Below, piece by piece: positions 1-6,562 of a stretch of DNA of 40,176 nucleotides. Below the pieces are notes generated by a model. It had not been told where the DNA came from and did not search any database. It saw only the letters and a list, made by a program, of their open reading frames with translations. The stretch is from the IMG/VR virus record IMGVR_UViG_3300023104_000012, positions 1 through 40,176 of that record. One strand, written 5' to 3'. The position numbers and the translations under genes were made by a program. Each line of letters starts with the position of its first letter. The first letter of the stretch is position 1. Source of the stretch: a virus. Its lineage: Duplodnaviria > Caudoviricetes.

Positions 1-498
1 CGTATTGATCCTCACCCCATCCGCGCCCATCACAAGACGGGCTCCAGGAACATCATTGCCGGTTTTCAATTGCTCGCCAATAGCCTTCTTGTCTGGCTTG
101 CGTTCGGTAGCATATGTACCCTGCGGGAGGTCATCAACGTTCGTTATCTCGACGCTTTCCTTGCCCGCCTGCTTGGAAACGGAAGCCTCAGGAAGGTCGA
201 TGCGCGGGCGACCAGACGCCTCTAGCACCCGCTGGGCCAATGCCCTGCAAAACTCCTTCCGTCGCTCCCAGCGCTTCTTACGTTCGCTCAAATCCTCAAA
301 TCGCGGCTTCATGCCGTCAAGCATTTCCTCAGCCTCGAAAAGATGCGATAGTACGCGGGCCATGACAGCTTCAACGTCTAGCTGCCCTTCAATCACATCA
401 GCTTTTAACGCGTCGTCTTCCGCAAGCTCAGGGAACTCGGCAACAAGCTTGACGATTTCCTGCTCTAGAAAATGAACGTCCAGATCAATCCGAGCCAT
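1..498 (-). CDS. Siphovirus Gp157-like protein (3'-truncated by window edge)
   Basis: Not in ORF track. Manual translation MARIDLDVHFLEQEIVKLVAEFPELAEDDALKADVIEGQLD...VEITNVDDLPQGTYATERKPDKKAIGEQLKTGNDVPGARLV; the C-terminal PDKKAI..LK.G..VPGA.L motif is typical; no stop before position 1. Confidence 0.8.
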   Translation of the reverse strand, partial: MARIDLDVHFLEQEIVKLVAEFPELAEDDALKADVIEGQLDVEAVMARVLSHLFEAEEMLDGMKPRFEDLSERKKRWERRKEFCRALAQRVLEASGRPRIDLPEASVSKQAGKESVEITNVDDLPQGTYATERKPDKKAIGEQLKTGNDVPGARLVMGADGVRINT

Positions 499-688
499 TC
501 AAGGCCTCCTGCATCTTCTGGCAATCCTCAAGCAAGAATTGAAGATACATTTCCCTGTATTCCTCGCAGTTTGGATATCCGGGGATAGCTTGGTATTGCG
601 TATTATGGTGCAGAATTGCTTGGGCAATCCCCTCCAGCTTCTGACGCAGCGCCATATCACGTAGTCTGTTTGTATCGATGGGTGTCAT
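485..688 (-). CDS. hypothetical early protein
   Basis: 67 aa ORF, GAGGA RBS, overlaps Gp157 start. Confidence 0.6.
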   Translation of the reverse strand: MTPIDTNRLRDMALRQKLEGIAQAILHHNTQYQAIPGYPNCEEYREMYLQFLLEDCQKMQEALNGSD

Positions 689-720
689 TCCTCAATCCTC
701 TCTATTAGGTTCGGTTCTGC

Positions 721-963
721 TTACGAAGGCTCAGACGAGTGGGTGACGATCCCTTCGATGTGCTGATCCATAGCGTCAGGGCAATCCTCATTTACCCAAA
801 CATTCCCATCTTCAAGAATGATTTCACAACTGCACTCGAAGACCCACATAGGGAATTCATCATCTGTCTCCTTTTCAAACTCTCGGACGGACGAACCGCA
901 ACATGGGCACCCATCTGGCCATGCCATTTCGCCGCGCTCAGGGTAAAAGTTCTTATCTGTCAT
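721..963 (-). CDS. hypothetical acidic Cys-rich protein
   Basis: CPCCG and CSC motifs; AGGAGG RBS. Confidence 0.65.
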   Translation of the reverse strand: MTDKNFYPERGEMAWPDGCPCCGSSVREFEKETDDEFPMWVFECSCEIILEDGNVWVNEDCPDAMDQHIEGIVTHSSEPS

Positions 964-964
964 T

Positions 965-1141
965 CTAAAGCCCTCCTTTGGCCTTCAACATTTCAATCGG
1001 TGAGTAATCCCCTCCCAACCACAGCCCTAGAGCTACAGTCAGAACCAACACTCCTATGGCTATCTCTAGTGTACGGTGATGGAGTGCATACGAGATGCGG
1101 GCGGATTTATCTGAGCGGTATGGACGGGGTGGATAGGTCAT
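965..1141 (-). CDS. small single-TM protein
   Basis: Manual translation MTYPPRPYRSDKSARISYALHHRTLEIAIGVLVLTVALGLWLGGDYSPIEMLKAKGGL; ATGA coupling to upstream gene; fills the gap. Confidence 0.6.
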   Translation of the reverse strand: MTYPPRPYRSDKSARISYALHHRTLEIAIGVLVLTVALGLWLGGDYSPIEMLKAKGGL

Positions 1142-1347
1142 GCTGCTGCCGTTGCCTCTCTATCATCATTATGCATGTGCTCGCGAACCGAACTGCGCGA
1201 ATAGTAGACCAGATCAGAAAGCTCGTTCATTCGTGCGCGAGCTTTGCCGTTCGGGAAAATCTTAGCGAATTCCTCTAGGCGGCCAGCGAGCCGAAACATC
1301 TCCATGTCAATCTCATTGGCCTCTTTTTGCAACAGGGATCGCGTCAT
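1138..1347 (-). CDS. hypothetical protein
   Basis: 69 aa, ATGA-coupled. Confidence 0.6.
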   Translation of the reverse strand: MTRSLLQKEANEIDMEMFRLAGRLEEFAKIFPNGKARARMNELSDLVYYSRSSVREHMHNDDREATAAA

Positions 1348-1586
1348 TTCTCATTCGCCCATTCTAGAGTATCAGCAGGGATAGTGTACTTACTGTCTCG
1401 GATAGCTGCCTTAATGGCATAGACGCTTTCGAGGTAGTTGGCCTTGTATTCGTCGCTCAGGATCATGGCTGCATCCCTTACGCTTTGGAGGGTTAGGTCA
1501 TGAACCAATCGAACCTCCGGGATATCGATAATCAGGCGCGGCTCGAAGTCTCCGCTGCCGACGATATGACTGATGCGGACGTTCAC
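1344..1586 (-). CDS. hypothetical protein
   Basis: 80 aa, GTGA-coupled. Confidence 0.6.
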   Translation of the reverse strand: MNVRISHIVGSGDFEPRLIIDIPEVRLVHDLTLQSVRDAAMILSDEYKANYLESVYAIKAAIRDSKYTIPADTLEWANEK

Positions 1587-1756
1587 GACAGGGTTTCCAT
1601 CATCTTCTGAACGTGCTTGCTGTGATCAGCAGTCAACTTTGCGACCTCTTTCAGAACCCGCGCCGCAGATTCGTACGCGCCATCTTCAGCATAGAAGACT
1701 GCTAGATCGCACTTATTCCGAATGATCTCGTACATTGGCTTGTTAGCTTCACTCAT
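1583..1756 (-). CDS. hypothetical protein, first gene of leftward operon
   Basis: MSEANKPMYEII..., AAGGAG RBS before ATG at 1756. Confidence 0.6.
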   Translation of the reverse strand: MSEANKPMYEIIRNKCDLAVFYAEDGAYESAARVLKEVAKLTADHSKHVQKMMETLS

Positions 1757-1828
1757 CTCTATCTCCTTAACTCTCCACCAAGAGCCGCGCTCTGTTCGTA
1801 GGTTTATAGAACCACAGAAACAAAACGC

Positions 1829-1856
1829 TTGCAATACGGAAAATGCACGGTATTGT
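1829..1856 (+). promoter_or_regulatory. promoter with overlapping inverted-repeat operator in divergent control region
   Basis: TTGCAA-16-TATTGT; palindrome CAATAC-12-GTATTG (1832-1855). Confidence 0.5.
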
Positions 1857-1881
1857 GTTTATATCAAAACGGAGAACGGCA

Positions 1882-2052
1882 ATGCATGAAGCATACCAGG
1901 CACCACGCACAACGAACCTGGCAATCCCGCCAGACCTTCGGAAGCGCATTGAGAAGTCGGCAGCAGAGGATAGCCGACGCATGAAGCCTCAGACCATTAT
2001 CCTCATCGAAGAAGCTCTTGACGCGCGTGACAAGAAGGCAGGACGGAAATGA
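1882..2052 (+). CDS. Arc-like ribbon-helix-helix DNA-binding protein
   Basis: RTTNLAIPPDLRKRIEKSAAEDSRRMKPQTIILIEEAL; GGAG RBS at 1871. Confidence 0.8.
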   Translation: MHEAYQAPRTTNLAIPPDLRKRIEKSAAEDSRRMKPQTIILIEEALDARDKKAGRK

Positions 2053-2492
2053 TCGAAGCAGGGAAGAACGAGCAAGAGATTCCTGAATCGACGCAAGAGG
2101 CGTCTGAATGGCCCCGCAAGGGTGGTAACGGAAACAGCTCAAAGAAGGGTTGGACAGTAGAGGCCCGATCAGTAACCGAGCCGGTTTCGATGGGTGGGCA
2201 AATCTTTGCAGAGAAATGGCGTCGAGTACAATTCGATGAGTGTCCTTTTGGAGTGCCTTCTCCTAAGTGGGGCGCTTCTCACCATGGCCTTCTTGGTTAC
2301 GCTCAGGCGCAGGCCCTTCGTTGGTGGCTTCATGCTGCCTCGGAAGAAGATTCTATCTTCTCAGCGCTCGAAACGCGTCTTATCCAGCATGAGCTAATCG
2401 AGACGTATACAATTAACGCCGTTTCGGATCATGCGCATATTAGCTTCGAAGATCGGTCCAGCATAATGCCAGATTGGGGCAAAAAGAAATGA
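2049..2492 (+). CDS. hypothetical protein
   Basis: 147 aa, ATGA-coupled. Confidence 0.6.
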   Translation: MIEAGKNEQEIPESTQEASEWPRKGGNGNSSKKGWTVEARSVTEPVSMGGQIFAEKWRRVQFDECPFGVPSPKWGASHHGLLGYAQAQALRWWLHAASEEDSIFSALETRLIQHELIETYTINAVSDHAHISFEDRSSIMPDWGKKK

Positions 2493-2580
2493 CCCTCCCC
2501 ACGTTCGGCCTCTGTCTGTGTTTTATCCTAGTGTTGGTACTTATACCGTTTATTTGGAATATGAAGGAAGGGGCTTGGGA

Positions 2581-2757
2581 ATGAAGATTATGAACCGCGT
2601 GCTTTGGGGCTTTTGCGTCCTGAACGTGTTTCTGGGTTTTGTAGGACTTTACTACGGCCTCTCATGGGAGGACTTCCTCAACTTCGGAGCAGCAGCATTG
2701 TGCGCTGTAGTGGCGCTCATGCATCCTTATAACACATCGAAGGGAAGAAATAAATGA
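2581..2757 (+). CDS. small two-TM membrane protein
   Basis: Two hydrophobic segments; start site uncertain. Confidence 0.5.
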   Translation: MKIMNRVLWGFCVLNVFLGFVGLYYGLSWEDFLNFGAAALCAVVALMHPYNTSKGRNK

Positions 2758-3011
2758 GCACTGACAACGTAGGCCGCGCTGAAATCCGTGCATACGCCGA
2801 GAGAATTATACGTCTCGATGATGAACGCCAGACGCTGGTGGGCGACATCAAGGAGATACGTGCCGAATGCAAGTCGCGTGGCTTTAACGTCAAGGCCCTA
2901 AACGCCGCGATCAAGCGCCATCGAATGACGGGCGATGAGCGGGAGCAATACGACCTGTTCGAAGAAGAAGCCCACTTGTACCTGTCGGCTATTGAAGGAG
3001 AAGGCGAATGA
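2754..3011 (+). CDS. gapR: GapR-family (DUF2312/UPF0335) DNA-binding protein
   Basis: IRAYAERIIRLDDERQTLVGDIKEIRAECKSRGFNVKAL...LYLSAI matches the family pattern. Confidence 0.85.
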   Translation: MSTDNVGRAEIRAYAERIIRLDDERQTLVGDIKEIRAECKSRGFNVKALNAAIKRHRMTGDEREQYDLFEEEAHLYLSAIEGEGE

Positions 3012-3121
3012 TCGACGGCCTCATTGTTCTAGCCTCGCTCCTATTCGTGCTCTTCTGCATCGCATGGGTAACGATCTTCCCAACCATCGGCCTGCTCTAT
3101 TGGTTCGGGTATCTGTCATGA
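3008..3121 (+). CDS. small hydrophobic protein
   Basis: MIDGLIVLASLLFVLFCIAWVTIFPTIGLLYWFGYLS; ATGA overlaps at both ends; AGGAG RBS. Confidence 0.6.
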   Translation: MIDGLIVLASLLFVLFCIAWVTIFPTIGLLYWFGYLS

Positions 3122-3244
3122 TCAGCCATCAATCCATGATCCACCTTACGACCATACGTCGCGGCTCTCTTGCAACGCGATTGCCAAACGTTTTCGCTCG
3201 CAAAAATGCACAACTCTATGCCGAGATGCTGAAGGGTACAAAGC

Positions 3245-3595
3245 ATGTTCGCTCTTGAGCTTCCTTGGCCGAACAAGAACCTTAGTCCGAACGCTCGCCC
3301 GCATTGGGCAGTCAAGGCTAAGGCCGCTAAGGGGGCGAACCAAGTGGCGTACTATGTAGCCCGCACGAAACTGCCTATTAAGCCTCAGTGGCTCTCTGCG
3401 CGGCTGGAATGGGCCTTCCATCCCAAGACGGCGCATGCTTTGGACCTCGATAACTGCATTGCCAGTTGCAAGGCATACCAGGATGGCATTTCCATCGCCC
3501 TCGGCATTGACGATTCGAAGTTTGATACGTCCTACCGAATTGCAGAACCAGTGAAGGGCGGGAAGGTCGTTGTGACCATCTCACCACCTCTATGA
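3245..3595 (+). CDS. rusA: RusA-like Holliday junction resolvase
   Basis: LPWP..LSPN N-terminus, DLDN...K...DG...GIDD acidic motif. Confidence 0.8.
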   Translation: MFALELPWPNKNLSPNARPHWAVKAKAAKGANQVAYYVARTKLPIKPQWLSARLEWAFHPKTAHALDLDNCIASCKAYQDGISIALGIDDSKFDTSYRIAEPVKGGKVVVTISPPL

Positions 3596-3618
3596 CAAGC
3601 CGCTGAAAGGAGACGAGA

Positions 3619-3834
3619 ATGAGCGAACTAGAGAAGCGTAAGGCGTGGTTCACGTTCGATGGGGAGGAGGGGAATCTTTGGTATTTCGGCCTTCCTACAC
3701 ATGCTGTTGGGACGCTACAGCAGCGTGAGGTTCGAGCTATCATCGACATTGATGCTGATGGCTGTTTGGCAGGTGTAGAATTGATTGACGATATGCCGCC
3801 GCTCTTTCCACACAATCCAGAGAAGGAAGAATAG
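3619..3834 (+). CDS. DUF2283-like protein
   Basis: FD.E....Y ... IIDIDADGCLAGVELID. Confidence 0.65.
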   Translation: MSELEKRKAWFTFDGEEGNLWYFGLPTHAVGTLQQREVRAIIDIDADGCLAGVELIDDMPPLFPHNPEKEE

Positions 3835-3835
3835 A

Positions 3836-4033
3836 ATGGCAGACGAAATCAAGGATGCGGATTGGGATAAGGTCTATGAAGTGATTACGCAGGCGATCCA
3901 GGTGAAGCTAAAAAACAATGAACAGCTTTCAACGTCTGTGAACTGGAAGGAAGGCCAGCAGTGGGTTTACGACCTCGCCAGCCGTATTTCATACGATGTT
4001 CACCGCGTTCTGGACAAAGACTTCGACGCCTAA
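3836..4033 (+). CDS. hypothetical protein
   Basis: MADEIKD..., AAGGA RBS. Confidence 0.6.
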   Translation: MADEIKDADWDKVYEVITQAIQVKLKNNEQLSTSVNWKEGQQWVYDLASRISYDVHRVLDKDFDA

Positions 4034-4043
4034 CCAACAAATA

Positions 4044-4082
4044 GGCCCGGAGGCTGTTATAAGCTATCCGGGCCGTGTTTTG
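4044..4082. terminator. probable bidirectional terminator
   Basis: GGCCCGGA(4044-4051)/TCCGGGCC(4067-4074) stem with T-rich flanks on both strands, between convergent units. Confidence 0.55.
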
Positions 4083-4250
4083 TATCGATAGACAGGGCTT
4101 GATACCTGTTTCCCGTTTCCGTGAGGAGCTATCCGTCACGACACATTGGCTAACTTCCGTGTCTCGAAGCGAATACGTCGCAGTGACACGGCTCGGGGCT
4201 AACGTGCGCACGTCCTTCCGTGCTGCTATCCCTACTACAATAGCTCTACT
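4082..4250 (-). ncRNA. unidentified multi-branch structured RNA
   Basis: Closing helix 4126-4132/4240-4246; internal helices 4157-4163/4185-4191, 4196-4203/4225-4232, 4208-4212/4219-4223; GAAA tetraloop; 3' H-type pseudoknot. Confidence 0.5.
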
Positions 4251-4385
4251 GCTGTATTAGTGCAATGGCTTTGGATGGTGGGGAATGTGGGAAGCCCCGT
4301 TTTCCTCTCCGGGGCCACGAGATGCTGGATGGTTTCCAGCTACACCCGTATCTGACGCACGAAGTTCAGCCGTGATGTAAGGTAA

Positions 4386-4457
4386 TGGCGGGCATCCCTG
4401 GATTTGAACCAAGTCCGCACGGTTTTGGAGACCGGCGTGCGTCCAACGCGAACACCC
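4386..4457 (-). tRNA. tRNA-Trp(CCA)-like, 72 nt, aberrant D-arm
   Basis: GGGTGTT..CGGT-CTCCAAA-ACCG..CTTGG-TTCAAAT-CCAGG-GATGCCC-G-CCA; G73 discriminator, encoded CCA. Confidence 0.8.
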
Positions 4458-4462
4458 AATTC

Positions 4463-4532
4463 TGGAGCGGATCGTGAGACTTGAACTCACCTCATCAGCT
4501 TGGAAGGCTGAACTCGTCCCTGACGGACCCGC
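4463..4532 (-). tRNA. tRNA-Gly(TCC)-like, 70 nt, aberrant D-arm
   Basis: GCGGGTC..TCAGC-CTTCCAA-GCTGA..GTGAG-TTCAAGT-CTCAC-GATCCGC-T-CCA; G1-C72, C2-G71, U73. Confidence 0.85.
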
Positions 4533-4617
4533 GTTGCAAGGATAATATCTCAGGCTGGGGAAAGGTTCAAGGCCTCTGAAGCAATGAGGCCCGCCACGAA
4601 TGAACGGAGCGAGCCTC

Positions 4618-5136
4618 TTAGGAACGCATGATTTCGCGAAACTCAGCCATGAGCGGATCGTGTTCATGCTGCCACTCGTCATCCTGGGTTCGGAAGTCCT
4701 TATGTAACCAATCCCCTTTACCGCGATTACACGGGTCGCAGAGGACTTGTAGGTTGCCCAAGGACAGCCTGAGATGCCAAAACTTGCCAAGGGGCTTGAT
4801 GTGGTCAACCACTAGCCTAGATTCTTTTGGCGTAGCTCCGCAGGATGGGCATCGGTGTCCATCGCGCTCTAGGGCCTGCATTCGAAGTTTCGTCCATTCC
4901 CACGATGAATAGAATGTCTTCCGGTCATTCGGGCTGGGCGCAAATTTCTTTGGCTTTTGAACGGTTGTGGTTTTGACGGCTCGTGTTTTAGGCGTTGACC
5001 TCTTTGCAGACTTTTTAGGTGGGTTTGCTGCCAAGATCATTTTAGCTTCTTCACTCAACGGATTTAGCTGATTGGACCGACGATCGTTGAACCTTTGCTT
5101 GTCCCATGCGGTCTTGTCTCTAGCTGACCAACCCAT
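4618..5136 (-). CDS. HNH endonuclease with basic N-terminal extension
   Basis: FYSSWEWTKLRMQALERDGHRCPSCG...VDHIKP...NLQVLCDPCNRGKG. Confidence 0.9.
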   Translation of the reverse strand: MGWSARDKTAWDKQRFNDRRSNQLNPLSEEAKMILAANPPKKSAKRSTPKTRAVKTTTVQKPKKFAPSPNDRKTFYSSWEWTKLRMQALERDGHRCPSCGATPKESRLVVDHIKPLGKFWHLRLSLGNLQVLCDPCNRGKGDWLHKDFRTQDDEWQHEHDPLMAEFREIMRS

Positions 5137-5139
5137 TCT

Positions 5140-5618
5140 GTATCCCTTCTTACTTACTACCTAATCTGTCGCTGAGTTCAGGTCGGTTGCTGTTGGATAA
5201 GGACTGTCTTCCCCGTACCAAATGATACGAGGAGCAGTCCAATCCGGGTCCTAACTGTCGCTTGAGGCGAGGTTCGGCGCATGCGGATAAGCGTCAGGCG
5301 ATCATGCCTTGGCTCTAGGGAGTTGCTTCCAAGAGAATTGATCCTCTTGCTGACACCCCTCTCCCCTACGGACTGGGTTTGCGCCTTGTCAGTTCCCCCT
5401 GGTTGCGCAGACTACGTAGAGTGACCCAGTGGGCACACCATCAAACAGAGCAGCGCCATGCCGTCCGTCACAGGGGGAAACCCTGTCTCTACGGACCTAA
5501 AGGGGTGATATGTTGGGTAAGGGCTTGAACCAAACACTAGGTTTAGCTATTGTGCCTTTACCGAAGTGTTTCACCCACTCTCGGTCAATGGTCAGGGTCT
5601 GAGAAACCGCTGATCAAC
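5140..5618 (-). ncRNA. large ornate structured RNA upstream of HNH (unidentified; possible replication primer or HNH-associated RNA)
   Basis: No ORF of 60 aa or more; many nested and crossing helices; G-U pairs favour the minus strand. Confidence 0.6.
5525..5553 (+). promoter_or_regulatory. sigma70-like promoter of antisense sRNA
   Basis: TTGAAC-17-TATTGT. Confidence 0.6.
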
Positions 5619-5685
5619 ATCCGCATAATCGGCTCCCCCAGCCATTAAGTCAAGCCCGCCAGCCTCAAGCTCGGCGGGTTTTTCT
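5560..5685 (+). ncRNA. small antisense RNA (~125 nt)
   Basis: Promoter, hairpins 5560-5585 and 5589-5616 with 7-nt loops, small hairpin 5631-5643, terminator. Confidence 0.55.
5625..5653 (-). promoter_or_regulatory. promoter of the minus-strand island
   Basis: (C)TTGACT-17-GATTAT. Confidence 0.45.
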
Positions 5686-5686
5686 T
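5653..5686 (+). terminator. Rho-independent terminator
   Basis: GCCCGCCAGC-CTCAA-GCTCGGCGGG followed by TTTTTCTT. Confidence 0.8.
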
Positions 5687-5687
5687 G

Positions 5688-5716
5688 TTGCCAACACAAG
5701 GGACGTCGTTTACAGT
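5688..5716 (+). promoter_or_regulatory. promoter of replication operon
   Basis: TTGCCA-17-TACAGT. Confidence 0.6.
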
Positions 5717-5740
5717 GATTTGACTGATCTAGGAGGTAAA

Positions 5741-6019
5741 ATGGTTCAGACAGAGCGGAAGAAGGCATATGACCGAGAGCGTATGCAGAAGAAGCGAGCG
5801 GCTGATAAAGCTGCTTTGGTGGCTCTAAAAGCTTTTGCAGAAAGCTTCCATATCACCGTAGTTGACAACTTCTACAAGGACGTAGCGCTTCACCTGGTTA
5901 GCCCTCACTCTTTGTCGCTGCGTTTGCGTAACGACAGCAGCAAGTCGTGGATTTTTGCTGATTTGGAAAAGCGGCGAGTTGAGGCCCTTTCGCACTTCAA
6001 GGAGATGATGAGAGAATGA
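5741..6019 (+). CDS. hypothetical protein
   Basis: AGGAGG RBS; basic N-terminus ERKKAYDRERMQKKR. Confidence 0.7.
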   Translation: MVQTERKKAYDRERMQKKRAADKAALVALKAFAESFHITVVDNFYKDVALHLVSPHSLSLRLRNDSSKSWIFADLEKRRVEALSHFKEMMRE

Positions 6020-6228
6020 GCAAGCAGCTGTTCAATAATCCCGACGCCCATCGGGGGGGTGCTGAGATACGAATAAAGATGCACGAGCTTTACAAGATCA
6101 TTCGTGATCGTCTTGAGTGGGTAAAGGGCGATTTTGATCCTGACGCGGTGTGTCAAGGAATTTGCGTTGAAATCGAGAAACATCAAGGCACTTACCCTAA
6201 CATTCCGGGATTCGTTGCAAATGACTAG
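6016..6228 (+). CDS. hypothetical protein
   Basis: 70 aa, coupled. Confidence 0.65.
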   Translation: MSKQLFNNPDAHRGGAEIRIKMHELYKIIRDRLEWVKGDFDPDAVCQGICVEIEKHQGTYPNIPGFVAND

Positions 6229-6562
6229 CCCATATGAAGACGTGATAGAAGGGCAATCGAAGCTCATGGAGCGCTATGAGGAGGCGCTAAAGGCGATCTT
6301 CGATAACCCACACGAACTACCGCGCCAATGGGCGCTGTATGGGCTTACAGGCGGTTCTAAACCGGTTCTGAACGGTTCGGCCAATCGCAAGGATATTACT
6401 GCCGACCGCATCCGTGTGCTGGAGGAGCATATCAAGTTCATCATACAGAACGACCGTGATGATATCGTTGCGGACGGGGGCGTTACGGTATTCGATGCGT
6501 GGGCGCAGCAAGCTGCGTTTTTGATCACCAGCGTTCAAGGAGGGGGGAAGAATGAGCTTTGA
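6221..6562 (+). CDS. hypothetical protein
   Basis: MTSPYEDVIEG..., overlaps both neighbours. Confidence 0.6.
   Translation: MTSPYEDVIEGQSKLMERYEEALKAIFDNPHELPRQWALYGLTGGSKPVLNGSANRKDITADRIRVLEEHIKFIIQNDRDDIVADGGVTVFDAWAQQAAFLITSVQGGGKNEL

Noticed and set aside
5-475. 156-aa plus-strand ORF
   Set aside because: Shadow of the minus-strand Gp157-like gene; Ser-rich, non-protein-like composition.
739-1278. 179-aa plus-strand ORF
   Set aside because: Antisense to three coupled minus-strand genes that fit the operon.
4262-4380. tmRNA or third tRNA
   Set aside because: CCA-like end only; no T-loop, matching acceptor strand or tag frame.
4257-4808. 183-aa minus-strand ORF
   Set aside because: Runs through both tRNAs and overlaps the HNH out of frame.
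4618-5618. IscB/HEARO element or group I/II intron
   Set aside because: No PLMP or RuvC motifs in the protein; no interrupted host gene or recognisable P7/domain V; not supportable without a covariance search.
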